From assembly GCA_963664405.1 (NCBI GenBank), contig OY761158.1:4064001-4128000 (forward strand): a stretch of 64,000 nt of DNA. The letters run 5' to 3'. Below the pieces are notes generated by a model that did not search any database, had not been told where the DNA came from, and saw only the letters and a program-made list of their open reading frames with translations. This stretch comes from Thermoanaerobaculia bacterium (GTDB taxonomy: Bacteria; Acidobacteriota; Thermoanaerobaculia; Multivoradales; Multivoraceae). Both the position numbers and the translations under genes were made by a program. Of the stretch, positions 1 through 9,353 are shown piece after piece (position 1 is the stretch's first letter; each line of letters opens with the position of its first letter).

Positions 1-1
1 G

Positions 2-130
2 GTCATTGTCGGGACTTCGCTCCTGGTGGGCCTCGTCTATGGCCAGATTCGTACAGAGCTCGCCATGATGGCGGTAGGCGGGGCTCTCTTCCTCTTCGCC
101 CGCTGGCTCGCCGGTGAACAGGGCGGGTAG
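2..130 (+). CDS. 3' end of a small membrane protein (partial, runs off the window start)
   Basis: Frame 2 reads VIVGTSLLVGLVYGQIRTELAMMAVGGALFLFARWLAGEQGG*, with two hydrophobic segments and TAG at 128-130. Confidence 0.55.
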   Translation, partial: VIVGTSLLVGLVYGQIRTELAMMAVGGALFLFARWLAGEQGG

Positions 131-158
131 GTTTGGCTCCAGGTCGCCCGAGACCGCT

Positions 159-184
159 TGCAACCTTTCCTCAGCCCCCTCGTA
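159..184 (+). promoter_or_regulatory. ECF (SigW-like) promoter, probably autoregulatory
   Basis: TGCAAC-N16-CGTA about 20 nt upstream of the ECF sigma ATG; resembles the SigW consensus TGAAAC-N16-CGTA. Confidence 0.6.
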
Positions 185-203
185 CCTACCCGTGATTCGC
201 GGA

Positions 204-779
204 ATGGCGCAACTAAGAGACGAAGAGCTTGTTGCAGCCGTTCTCGAAGGGGAAGTGGAGAAGTATGAGGAGCTCGTCTCGAGGTACCAAGGTCGTGTTG
301 TCAACTACCTCTATCGCCTGTTGCGCTCGTTGGACGATGCTCACGACCTCGCCCAAGACGTATTTCTCCGGGTCTATCGCGCCCTGGACCGTTTCGACCC
401 TCAGTACAAGTTCTCTACGTGGTTGTTCAGAGTGGCGAAGAACGCGGCCATCGACTCTGTCCGCAAACGGCGAATCCGCACGGTGTCGATGGAGCGACCC
501 CAGAATGAAGAAGGCGATAGCTCCAGCTTCGACTTTCCTAGCCCTGACCCCGATCCCTATGGCGATGCCCGCAATCTCGAGCGCAGACAGGCGATCGGTT
601 CTGCGATCGAGGAGCTTCCCGCCGAATATCGGGAGCTCGTTCAATTGCGGCACTTCGCCGAGCTGTCCTACGGAGAGATCGCGGAGCTAAAAGAGATGCC
701 TCTCGGTACCGTAAAGAACAAATTGTTCCGAGGGCGTCAGATGTTGAAAGAGAAGTTGGCGGACTTCCTCACCGACTGA
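204..779 (+). CDS. ECF RNA polymerase sigma-70 factor (SigW/RpoE-like)
   Basis: Region 2 (AHDLAQDVFLRVYRALDRFD..KFSTWLFRVAKN) and region 4 (LSYGEIAE..PLGTVKNKLFRGR). ATG 204 preferred over GTG 114 because the ECF promoter lies between them. Confidence 0.93.
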   Translation: MAQLRDEELVAAVLEGEVEKYEELVSRYQGRVVNYLYRLLRSLDDAHDLAQDVFLRVYRALDRFDPQYKFSTWLFRVAKNAAIDSVRKRRIRTVSMERPQNEEGDSSSFDFPSPDPDPYGDARNLERRQAIGSAIEELPAEYRELVQLRHFAELSYGEIAELKEMPLGTVKNKLFRGRQMLKEKLADFLTD

Positions 780-792
780 GGCACTGAACAAA

Positions 793-1266
793 ATGAGCCA
801 CGACCGCAAGCTGGAATCTAGCGCTGTGACCCCAAGAGACGAGGATGTCGACAGCCTCGGTCTTCTTCTCGCTGAGCTCAGGGTGCCGGTCAGAGAGGGC
901 TTCGCGTCGCGCGTCATGTCGAGCCTTCCTGCTCCGGCTTGGAAGAAGAGTAGTCGGGCTCAGTGGTTGTGGGCGGCGGCGGCAGTACTCCTTCTCTTTT
1001 CCGGATCAGCGATCCTGCTCGGCCTCGGAGACTCCGCTCTCGGTGGAAGCGCCGCCGCCGTCGCCGAGCTTCTAGCTGCCACCTTGTCGGCCGGCGCCGG
1101 GTTCGCGGCGGCCAGTTGGAGTGGTTTGGGCCATGCGGTTGACGCTGCTCTCGACGGATCGATCTCCGCCCTGATCGGACTGGGCTTGGCTGCGGTTGGT
1201 GCGAACCTCTTGTTGCTGCGTCTGGTGCGTCGCCGCGCTCACGCCAGGAACCGGTCTGCCGAGTAA
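793..1266 (+). CDS. Putative membrane anti-sigma factor
   Basis: Directly downstream of the ECF sigma; N-terminal 'EGFASRVMSSLP' stretch followed by 2-3 transmembrane segments. Confidence 0.7.
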   Translation: MSHDRKLESSAVTPRDEDVDSLGLLLAELRVPVREGFASRVMSSLPAPAWKKSSRAQWLWAAAAVLLLFSGSAILLGLGDSALGGSAAAVAELLAATLSAGAGFAAASWSGLGHAVDAALDGSISALIGLGLAAVGANLLLLRLVRRRAHARNRSAE

Positions 1267-1334
1267 AAACCGGGACGCTGAGAGCGGGAGAGCCTAGCAG
1301 CGGTTCATCCGCTGGCGCGCGCCCTCCTGGGCTT

Positions 1335-1731
1335 GGAGCGTGTCAGAGTATTCGGCCAGAGCCGTTTCCCGGAGTGAATAGGAAGCAACGCCTGAGTGCG
1401 CCGTCCTCGGCGCCAAAAGACAACTAGGTGGGGCGCGCCTAGCGGAGGAAATGATAGCCATCATTTCTGGAGCCTGGGAGCGTGTCCGAGTATTCGTTCT
1501 GAGCCGTTTCCCGAAGCGAATAGGAAGCAAAGCCTGAGTGCGCCGTCCTCGGCGCCAAAAGAACTAGGCGGAGCAAATGATATTCATCATTTCTGGAGCC
1601 TGGGAGCGTGTCCGAGTATTCGTTCTGAGCCGTTTCCCGGAGCGAATAGGAAGCAACGCCTGAGTGCGCCGTCCTCGGCGCCAAAAGACAACTAGGCGGA
1701 GGAAATGATAGCCATCATTTCTGGAGCCTAG
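1335..1731. repeat. Three tandem copies of a ~126-142 bp composite REP-like unit
   Basis: Units start at 1335, 1477 and 1603 (GGAGCGTGTC...). Each carries the palindromes GCGCCG-TCCT-CGGCGC and AAATGAT-N4-ATCATTT. The array ends on CTAG at the stop of the convergent gene. Confidence 0.95.
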
Positions 1732-2663
1732 CTCGTCTCGAACCACCTCTGCCCGCTGCCGAACTTCGTATTCAGGGTGGCTCCGACTCCAACCAGGGTG
1801 GCGGCAGTCCACGCCCATCCCCCCAGCCAGGGAGCGAACTTGACGAGCCCCAGAACGAGCACGCCAAGGCACGGCGGCCCTAGGAGGTTCCCGCTCCGGC
1901 TGGAGTAGTGCCGCCAGATCGAATCGCCTAAGGCCATGAAGACTGCCGCCATGCCCCAGAGTTTGAGCACGAGGGCGGCTAGTACGACAAGGGCGAGCAG
2001 CGGGATCCCTACCAACACGCCGACGAAAGTGCTGAAGAAGAGGACGGTGAGGAGCAGTGCGAGCACAGCCACCAGGCCGGTCGTGAAGTTGTGCAGCGGC
2101 TCTTGCGAAACGCTCAGTGCGGTGGTTCTCGCCGCCGGTGCGGCTGCTGCCAGGATCACCAAGAGGGTCAGCACCCAGGCCGCGAGTAAGGCCAGCTTGG
2201 CGCCGATGACGGTAGGGGACCATGGCGAGAAGCCCAGCGCCGGACCCTCCGCCAACACCAGTAGCGTGCTCGGCGCCGTCGGATAGGCAACGCTGCGACC
2301 TCGGAGTGTCGCTCCTGCCGCGACTTCGATTCTGCCTCCGAGAACGAAGACGTCGCCACCAACCGTGGCCGAAGAGGTCAGGCTGACGTTCCCGCCGATC
2401 ACGACAAGGTCCCCCTCGGCGACGCCGGAAACCACGATCGACCCTCCGACTGCAGTCACCCCGGCAATGGCCCTGCCTTCGACTTTGACATTGCGGCCAA
2501 GCGCAACTACCTGACTCTCGGCGACGCTACCTTCTTCGATGAGGATCGCAGTGAGCTCGGCAGCGTCACTGGCGCCGGCCGCGACGGAGCCGATCAGGAT
2601 TAGCCACGCGACCAGGCCGACCCGCGCAGCAGCTGTCAGCAGGTGAGGCACTGTTGGAATCAT
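1728..2663 (-). CDS. Membrane protein with polymer-forming cytoskeletal (bactofilin-like) beta-helix domain
   Basis: Signal-like N-terminus, repeats such as VGGSIVVSGVAEGDLVVIGGNVSLTSSATVGGDVFVLGG, then several transmembrane helices. Confidence 0.75.
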   Translation of the reverse strand: MIPTVPHLLTAAARVGLVAWLILIGSVAAGASDAAELTAILIEEGSVAESQVVALGRNVKVEGRAIAGVTAVGGSIVVSGVAEGDLVVIGGNVSLTSSATVGGDVFVLGGRIEVAAGATLRGRSVAYPTAPSTLLVLAEGPALGFSPWSPTVIGAKLALLAAWVLTLLVILAAAAPAARTTALSVSQEPLHNFTTGLVAVLALLLTVLFFSTFVGVLVGIPLLALVVLAALVLKLWGMAAVFMALGDSIWRHYSSRSGNLLGPPCLGVLVLGLVKFAPWLGGWAWTAATLVGVGATLNTKFGSGQRWFETS

Positions 2664-2813
2664 AGCTCGGAGAAAGTGATCTTGCCTTGACCCTCACCCT
2701 GGGATGCCGTTACGCTGCCGGCCCCTGGCCCACGCGCGGGTTACGGCTGTCGGTGCCGAATCGCGACCGCCTCGACTTGGGTAGACTTTGAGGGCGGACT
2801 CAAGCTGGGGAGG

Positions 2814-4664
2814 ATGAGCCACATGTTCTGTCAGGTTTGCGGGACACTCCAGAGCGACGAGTCCGAGTACTGCGATCGCTGCAATCAGAAGCTCTTGGTT
2901 CTCTCAGGACCGGGGGCGGAAGAGATTCCCGTTGAAGAGAACCCAGAGGAGAACTTCTCTTTCGACGAGCACCTGCTCGAGCGGATCTCGATTCTCGAAG
3001 AGGTGATGAAGCGTACGGCGGAAGCCGTGCGGGAGATGCTCACCACCTTGCAGAAGCAAGAGAAGAACATTCTCATCAATCACACCGGTCTGTCTGCGCT
3101 GGCGGAGACGCTCGACACTCGCGGTGCCTTGTCTCAGGAAGTCTGGAATGATCTTTGGGAAGAGAGAGCTCAGCGACAGCTGCTGGCCTTGGAGAAGCGG
3201 GAGCGCTACGACGCATGCCGGGACCGCATCGCGGCCTTGTATCGCGGGAAGCAGCGCGAGCGATTTCTACTCCACCTCCAGCGGGCCGAGATTCGCTTCC
3301 TCGAGTTCGAGTTGGGGGAGGCCATTCAAGAGCTCGAAGCGGCCTTTACTCTCGACAAAAACAACTATGCACTCGCCCACTTTCTCGGCGAGACCCGTTT
3401 CAACGAAGGCGATGCCGAGGCAGCGCTCGGCTACTTTGTTCGAGCGCTCGAGGTCAAAGAAGACCACTATGACTGCCTGGTCTACAGCGGCGTCATCCTC
3501 TATGAGCAGGGTGATCTGGAGGCGGCCGAAGCGCTTCTCGTCCGTGGCGCGAGTATTTACCCCGATGCCTTTCTTCCGATCTTCTGCCTGGGGGTGATTC
3601 AAGCCCGTCGTGGCGAGATGCGCGAGGCCTCGGTCTTTTTAAACCGCGCACTCGAGATCGATGCCGTTCCCCAGGCCTACTACCTTCTGGGTAGCTGCCA
3701 TCAAGAGCTTGGAGAAGCCGGGCGAGCGATTCGTGCACTCAAGCAAGCGGTGAAGCTCGATCCTTCCTTCGAAGAGGCACACCATCTACTGGGCCTGGCC
3801 TATCTCGATCGCAACTGGAATCGCAAGGCGCTCGAGGCGTTCAGACAGGCTCAGCAGCTGAACCCGAAGCGAATGCGCTACCAAGACGTTGTCGTCTATC
3901 TCTCAGGAGGCTCCGAGGTACCGCTACCGTCGGTGGAGGGCGAGGCCGGCGAATGGCTTGCGCGTGCCGATCGAGGTATGGCCAAAGAGGATTGGCGGGA
4001 GGCGCTGCAGTGCTATCGACGGGCGCTTCACCTAGAGCCCGAGAATCCGACGGTGCTGATGACTCATGCTCTGGCCTGTCTGCAGATGAGCCGTCATCAA
4101 GAGAGCGCCGCAATCACTCGCAAGGTCCTCGAGATGGACCCGGGGGAGATGCTCAAGGCGACGGCCTGCGCGACTCTGATCGAGGCGCTACGAGGCGAGG
4201 GTCGGTATCGCGAAGGCAACCGGGTGGGCACGCGCCTCCTCGACGAAGGGGACTCGAATTTCGCCAAGACCATCGCCTACTATGAGATGGCCTATAACCT
4301 CGCGGAGCTCGAAGAGGACCTCGATCAGGCGCTCGACTATGCGCACCGGTCCGTCGAGTTGGCCCCAGACGAGCTCAGAGAGTTCTCACTGGCCGCGCTG
4401 GGGTGGGTTCATTACAAGCGCCGCGAGTTCGACCAGGCGATCGATTTCTTGTCGCGCTCGACCGAGATCGGGCGCTCGTCGACCACACTCACCCATCTGG
4501 GTATGGCGCTGCTCGCCTCCGGCGAGGACGACCAAGCTAAGAATGTGCTCTCCGAGGCCCGCAGCCTCGGCGAGCCGGACGTTGCGCTGCACGAGAAGAT
4601 GATGGACTTTCTGCGCGACAGTACAAGCTTCTTCGAATCGCTAGAGTACAGCCAGGGAGAGTGA
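2814..4664 (+). CDS. Tetratricopeptide-repeat protein with N-terminal zinc ribbon
   Basis: CQVC..CDRC at the N-terminus; many TPR motifs (AYYLLGSCHQELG, AHHLLGLAYLDR, LGWVHYKR). Confidence 0.85.
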   Translation: MSHMFCQVCGTLQSDESEYCDRCNQKLLVLSGPGAEEIPVEENPEENFSFDEHLLERISILEEVMKRTAEAVREMLTTLQKQEKNILINHTGLSALAETLDTRGALSQEVWNDLWEERAQRQLLALEKRERYDACRDRIAALYRGKQRERFLLHLQRAEIRFLEFELGEAIQELEAAFTLDKNNYALAHFLGETRFNEGDAEAALGYFVRALEVKEDHYDCLVYSGVILYEQGDLEAAEALLVRGASIYPDAFLPIFCLGVIQARRGEMREASVFLNRALEIDAVPQAYYLLGSCHQELGEAGRAIRALKQAVKLDPSFEEAHHLLGLAYLDRNWNRKALEAFRQAQQLNPKRMRYQDVVVYLSGGSEVPLPSVEGEAGEWLARADRGMAKEDWREALQCYRRALHLEPENPTVLMTHALACLQMSRHQESAAITRKVLEMDPGEMLKATACATLIEALRGEGRYREGNRVGTRLLDEGDSNFAKTIAYYEMAYNLAELEEDLDQALDYAHRSVELAPDELREFSLAALGWVHYKRREFDQAIDFLSRSTEIGRSSTTLTHLGMALLASGEDDQAKNVLSEARSLGEPDVALHEKMMDFLRDSTSFFESLEYSQGE

Positions 4665-6385
4665 TGCGCTGGACCCGTTACTACCTTCACACCAGTCGAG
4701 AGGTACCGAGTGACGCCGAAGTGGTGAGCCATCGGCTGATGTTGCGCAGCGGCATGCTCAAGAAGCTCGCGGCCGGCATCTACACTTACCAGCCCTTCGG
4801 CTGGCGCAGCATGAGCAAGATGATGAGCATCGTACGACGAGAGATGGACCGTGCCGGCGTTTTGGAGCTGTCGATGCCGGCGGTCCAGCCCGCCGCGTTG
4901 TGGCACGAGTCGGGTCGGTGGGATGAGTACGGCAAGGAGCTGCTGCGGATTCAGGACCGGCACGGCCGAGACTTCTGCTTCGGCCCCACTCACGAGGAGG
5001 TGGTGACCGACCTGATTCGGGGTGACGTCAAGAGCTATCGTCAACTTCCGCTCAGCTTGTACCAGATTCAGACCAAGTTCCGCGACGAGATTCGGCCACG
5101 CTTCGGGCTGATGCGAGGGCGCGAGTTCCTGATGAAGGATGCGTACTCTTTCCACACCGGCCCAGAGAGCTTGGCCGAGACCTACGCCGAGATGGGGCAG
5201 GCCTACCGTCGCATTTTCGAGGAGTGTCAGCTCGACTACACCGTGGTCGAGGCGGATACCGGGAGCATCGGGGGGTCTTCTTCTCACGAGTTCATGGTCC
5301 TGGCCGAAACCGGCGAGAGCGCGGTCGTTTCTTGTCGATCTTGTGGCTATTCCGCCAACGTCGAGAAGGCGGAGGCTGCTGCGGTCGAGGGAGTCGCAGC
5401 TCCAGAGGGCGAGCTGCCCGCGCTCGAGGAGGTGGCAACACCGGGTGCCACTTCGATCGCCGATGTCAGCGGAGTCCTGAGTTTGCCGGCGGAGCGATTG
5501 GTCAAGACCCTCATCTACGAAGCGGATGGCGAGCTCGTGGCGGCGGTAGTGCGAGGAGACCACGAGCTCAATGAGATCAAGTTGCAGAACCTGCTTGGCG
5601 CAACCCAGGTCCACCTCGCGAGCGAGGAGCGGGTGAAGGAAGCGACCGGTGCTCCCACCGGCTTCGCCGGGCCTGTCGGGCTCGCTTCGGGAGTCCGGCT
5701 CGTAGTGGATCTTGCAGCCCGCGGCCTCGCAGGATTCGGCTGCGGCGCCAACCGTGAGGACGCCCACTTCGTGTCGGTGCACTGGGGGCGCGACGCCGAG
5801 CCGTTGCAGTGGGCTGATTTGCGATTGGTGGTTGGGGGTGATGGATGCCCTCGTTGTGGCACCCCGCTCGAAGAATCCCGCGGCATCGAAGTGGGCCACA
5901 CCTTCATGCTCGGGACCAAATACTCGACCGCTCTCGGCTGCCTCTACACTGACGAGAACGGAGCCGAGCACCCCATGACCATGGGTTGTTACGGCTTGGG
6001 CATTGGGCGCACAGTTGCGGCAGCGATCGAACAGAACCACGACGAAAACGGCATCATTTGGCCGTTGCCCTTGGCGCCCTTCCAAGTGCTTCTGGTGGCG
6101 CTCAACCCCAACGATGAAGCCGTTCTCGAGGCCAGTGAGAAGCTTTATGCCGCCTTGCTCGAAGAGGGCGTCGAGGTCCTCTTCGACGATCGCGACGATC
6201 GCCCGGGGGTCAAGTTCAAGGACGCTGACCTGCTCGGGATCCCGCTACGCGTGGTCATCGGCGCTCGGGGACTGGCGAATGGCGAGCTCGAGTTTTCCCA
6301 CCGTCGTGACGGTGAGAAGCATCTGGTTGCGCCGGAGGATGTCTTAGCCCGGGTTCTCGGGGCTCTCGGCCCCCACCTCGGCTGA
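4661..6385 (+). CDS. proS: Proline--tRNA ligase with INS editing domain
   Basis: SHRLMLRSG, GPTHEEV, QIQTKFRDEIRPRFGLMRGREF, GIEVGHTF, MGCYGLG, RPGVKFKDADLLG. Confidence 0.98.
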   Translation: MMRWTRYYLHTSREVPSDAEVVSHRLMLRSGMLKKLAAGIYTYQPFGWRSMSKMMSIVRREMDRAGVLELSMPAVQPAALWHESGRWDEYGKELLRIQDRHGRDFCFGPTHEEVVTDLIRGDVKSYRQLPLSLYQIQTKFRDEIRPRFGLMRGREFLMKDAYSFHTGPESLAETYAEMGQAYRRIFEECQLDYTVVEADTGSIGGSSSHEFMVLAETGESAVVSCRSCGYSANVEKAEAAAVEGVAAPEGELPALEEVATPGATSIADVSGVLSLPAERLVKTLIYEADGELVAAVVRGDHELNEIKLQNLLGATQVHLASEERVKEATGAPTGFAGPVGLASGVRLVVDLAARGLAGFGCGANREDAHFVSVHWGRDAEPLQWADLRLVVGGDGCPRCGTPLEESRGIEVGHTFMLGTKYSTALGCLYTDENGAEHPMTMGCYGLGIGRTVAAAIEQNHDENGIIWPLPLAPFQVLLVALNPNDEAVLEASEKLYAALLEEGVEVLFDDRDDRPGVKFKDADLLGIPLRVVIGARGLANGELEFSHRRDGEKHLVAPEDVLARVLGALGPHLG

Positions 6386-7726
6386 GGACTCGGGCGGCGG
6401 CTCGACACTGAGGCGGACAACTCGGATGCGGTTGCCGTCGATCTCTCGTACCAGCAGCCCCATCGACGCCAGGCTCACCTTGTCGCCGACTTTCGCCGGG
6501 CGTCCGAGCTCGGAGAGAACGATCCCGGCGATCGTGTCTTCGTCTCGGTCGTCGAGCTCGAGGCCCAGCTCGTCTTCGAGATCTGCGATCAACATCGAGC
6601 CTGAGACTTGGTAGACGCCCTCGCCGACGGCGACCAGCTCGGGTACTTCGAAGTCGAATTCGTCCTGGATCTCGCCGACGATCTCCTCGATCACATTCTC
6701 CAGGGTGACGATTCCGCTCACACCGCCGAACTCGTCGAGCACCGCAGCCATGTGGACCTTTTCAGCTCGCATGCGGCGTAGCAGCCGGTCGGCGGTAGCG
6801 GTTTCCGGGACGAAGGAGATCGGGCGCCGAACTTCGTTCAGGGATGCGGGAGTCTGGGTGGCGCGAAACAAGTCCTTGATGTGCACCAAGCCGAGAGTGT
6901 GGTCGAGATCCTCCTCGCAGAGGGGAAAGCGGGTGTGTCCGGAGCTGCGGGCGATGTTCATGTTCTCTTCCATCGGCGCTGCGGTCGAAAGGAAGACGAC
7001 GTCCGAACGCGGAATCATCATCTGTCTGGCATTGCGATCGGAGAGCTCGAAAATGTTGTCGAGCAGCTCTCTCTTGTGCTCGGTCAACTCGCTCTGCTCA
7101 TCGGAGGCTAGGAGTCGGCGAATCTCTTCCTCGCTATGCGCCAGCTCGCCCTCGGCCAAGGGCTGAATGCCGAAGATTCGAAGAAATGCATTCGCGGCAT
7201 GGTTGAGCACCCAAATGACCGGGAAGGTTGCCTTGTAGAAGAGAAATAGCGGGGCGGCGACCCAAAGCGACGTCGCCTCCGGCTTGCGAATCGCCAAGGA
7301 CTTCGGCGCGAGCTCGCCGAGAACGATATGGAGGACTGTGATGGTCGTGAAGGCGACCGCGAGGCTCACTGTGTGAAGCAATGCCGGAGAGGCGAAAGGA
7401 AGACGTTCGAGAGCCGGTTCGAGCAGACGCGCGAATGCAGGCTCGCCAATCCAGCCGAGCGCCAGGCTGGCGAGGGTGATACCGAGCTGAGTGGCAGACA
7501 GATAGGCGTCGAGATGACTGACCATATGGCGGGCCAGGCGCCCACTGCGCTCTCCTCGGTCGGCGTGAGGCTCGATCTGGGTTGGCCGAACCTTGACGAG
7601 GGCGAACTCGGCGGCTACAAAGAAGCCGTTGAGAGCGACAAAGAGGAGGGCGAGTGGGATGGCCAAGCCGGGGCTGAGGGTGAACCCGATCACAGCCGTC
7701 CCCTCGGCGAGGAGCGGCGCGCTCAT
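6344..7726 (-). CDS. Hemolysin/CNNM-family protein (CNNM transmembrane + 2 CBS + CorC domain)
   Basis: LNGFFVAAEFALV, YLSATQLGITLASLALGWIGEP, GELAPKSLA, VLDEFGGVSGIVTLENVIEEIVGEIQDEFD. Confidence 0.93.
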   Translation of the reverse strand: MSAPLLAEGTAVIGFTLSPGLAIPLALLFVALNGFFVAAEFALVKVRPTQIEPHADRGERSGRLARHMVSHLDAYLSATQLGITLASLALGWIGEPAFARLLEPALERLPFASPALLHTVSLAVAFTTITVLHIVLGELAPKSLAIRKPEATSLWVAAPLFLFYKATFPVIWVLNHAANAFLRIFGIQPLAEGELAHSEEEIRRLLASDEQSELTEHKRELLDNIFELSDRNARQMMIPRSDVVFLSTAAPMEENMNIARSSGHTRFPLCEEDLDHTLGLVHIKDLFRATQTPASLNEVRRPISFVPETATADRLLRRMRAEKVHMAAVLDEFGGVSGIVTLENVIEEIVGEIQDEFDFEVPELVAVGEGVYQVSGSMLIADLEDELGLELDDRDEDTIAGIVLSELGRPAKVGDKVSLASMGLLVREIDGNRIRVVRLSVEPPPESSAEVGAESPENPG

Positions 7727-7837
7727 CCGTGCGTTACGTCACGGCAATACGCCGTGGCCTTCGAGGAGTCCAGGAGAGAGCGCCGATCGGCGATGGTATG
7801 GGAAGGCGGAGGTTCGTCAGACACCGAGATAGATATC

Positions 7838-8953
7838 CTAACATGAGGCTTTGCCGCGGCCGGTGGCCAAGATATAGCCGGCGATCGCTACTGGAGCTAT
7901 GACCGCCGGCAATAGCGCGGCAGCGACCGCTAGCGAGGGACCCTTGCCGACGCCTCCGACACCGTTGCTGAACTGAATGGCGAGAACAGCAACCGCAACG
8001 CCTGCAAGCTCGTAGATGCGCCGGCGGGAGTAGATGCCTCTTTCGCCGCTCTCCGGGCGCAGCCTGGACAGGGCGAGGCAGATGGCGAGAATCTGCATCG
8101 GCAGAGTGAGGAGGAGCGTATGGGTCCACAGAGTAGGGGTGGAGAGGCAGATCGTCGCGACCGCCAAGAGCGCAAGCTGGTCCGGGCGCCATGGCTTCAG
8201 CCGCGCAACGATAGTGGCGATGGCGGCAATAGCGAGCAGGACGTAGAGGCGTTGGGTGTCGAATCCCAGGTTGAAGAGAAGTCGGTGGAGCGAAACGGTA
8301 CGCTCGAAAGGAAAGTCCTCGCTCGAGAGGGATGATCCGAGTCGGAGAAACTCCGGTAGGTGCTCTCTTCCCAGAAGAAGAACAGAGGCGCTGATCGTTG
8401 CGATCGAGGCGGTGAGCAGATGTTTGTGTTCGCGACTCCGAGGCCGATGCGTCGCGATCAAGAGAATTGCCACGGGCGCCAAGGGTTTGATCCCGAGGCT
8501 GCCACCGAGAAGGCATCCCGCTGCCATGGGGTGCCGAGGCCAGACTCCGAGAGAGACGAGAACGAGGCCGCTCACCACGAGTGAGGTGTTCCCCGAGGCC
8601 AGGCCGAGATTGACGCCGGGGGTGAGGGTGAGGCCGGCGGCAAGGGCAATTCGCCAGGTTCTCTGGCCCGCCAAGGGGGCGCTTGCCAGCCACACGATGG
8701 CGACAACCCCGGCCACCGCCGCTATTCGCAGCAGCGCGACCAAGATCGGCTGTCCGAGGATGGTGAGTGCCGTCGCCCCAAGGACCGCAAACGACGGGAG
8801 GTAGAGATATCCCGAGACCTGGTAGGGGGAAGCGCCGGCGGAGACGATGCGGAACGCGTCCAGGTAGTAGGCCTCATCCACCAGCAGAGCCTTGGAAGTG
8901 AGTGCCGGCCAGTGACAGAGCGCTGTGAAGAGGGCTACTGAAAGCAGAGGCAA
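7838..8953 (-). CDS. GT87-like (GT-C) membrane glycosyltransferase
   Basis: Polytopic membrane protein with SPY..GYLYLPSFA, GN, GIKPL and WTH motifs typical of DUF2029/GT87. Start uncertain. Confidence 0.7.
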   Translation of the reverse strand: MPLLSVALFTALCHWPALTSKALLVDEAYYLDAFRIVSAGASPYQVSGYLYLPSFAVLGATALTILGQPILVALLRIAAVAGVVAIVWLASAPLAGQRTWRIALAAGLTLTPGVNLGLASGNTSLVVSGLVLVSLGVWPRHPMAAGCLLGGSLGIKPLAPVAILLIATHRPRSREHKHLLTASIATISASVLLLGREHLPEFLRLGSSLSSEDFPFERTVSLHRLLFNLGFDTQRLYVLLAIAAIATIVARLKPWRPDQLALLAVATICLSTPTLWTHTLLLTLPMQILAICLALSRLRPESGERGIYSRRRIYELAGVAVAVLAIQFSNGVGGVGKGPSLAVAAALLPAVIAPVAIAGYILATGRGKASC

Positions 8954-9035
8954 GCTGAGCGAACGCCAGCTGGCACCGCCGCTTTCTTGCCACCGAAGGC
9001 GCTCTCTGGGGCTGCTTCGATGGGCTCTTTCACGA

Positions 9036-9065
9036 TTGACACTTCCTCGGAGCCTCTGCTAGGGT
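9036..9065 (+). promoter_or_regulatory. Sigma70 promoter of the tRNA-Val/thrS unit
   Basis: Perfect TTGACA, 18-nt spacer, extended -10 TGc-TAGGGT, then GC-rich GCCGC, just upstream of the tRNA genes. Confidence 0.6.
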
Positions 9066-9096
9066 GCCGCTCTTGCGGTCTTCCGCACGAGCTTAC

Positions 9097-9174
9097 AGGC
9101 CCGTAGCTCAGCTTGGTTAGAGCGCTACGTTGACATCGTAGAGGTCAGCGGTTCAAGTCCGCTCGGGCCTACCA
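9097..9174 (+). tRNA. tRNA-Val (anticodon GAC)
   Basis: Acceptor stem AGGCCCG/CGGGCCT, anticodon arm CTACG-TTGACAT-CGTAG, T-loop GGTTCAAGTCC, 3' ACCA. Confidence 0.97.
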
Positions 9175-9233
9175 ATGAAGTAGGGTCAGGAGAAAGGGGA
9201 TTTCTCCGACTGCATGTGGCGAGATTTCAATAG

Positions 9234-9310
9234 AGGCGCTTAGCTCAGCTGGTTAGAGCGCTACCTTCACACGGTAGAGGTCAGCGGTTCGAGTCCGCTA
9301 GCGCCTACCA
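9234..9310 (+). tRNA. tRNA-Val (anticodon CAC)
   Basis: Acceptor stem AGGCGCT/AGCGCCT, anticodon arm CTACC-TTCACAC-GGTAG, T-loop GGTTCGAGTCC, 3' ACCA. Confidence 0.97.
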
Positions 9311-9353
9311 GCCGTCCACTACGGCCGGAGCTCCGGCCGAACCTGAAAAGATC

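Noticed and set aside
1294-1695. Small repetitive ORFs (1294-1530, 1396-1695, 1439-1684)
   Set aside because: These are translations of the tandem DNA repeat; the same peptide words recur wherever the repeat occurs (for example 26664-27053).
4412-6085. 557-aa ORF on the minus strand
   Set aside because: Antisense shadow of proS, typical of high-GC codon usage; no recognisable motifs.
9097-9310. tRNA-anchored integrated island
   Set aside because: No integrase, no separate duplicated tRNA 3' end found, and no evident compositional shift nearby.
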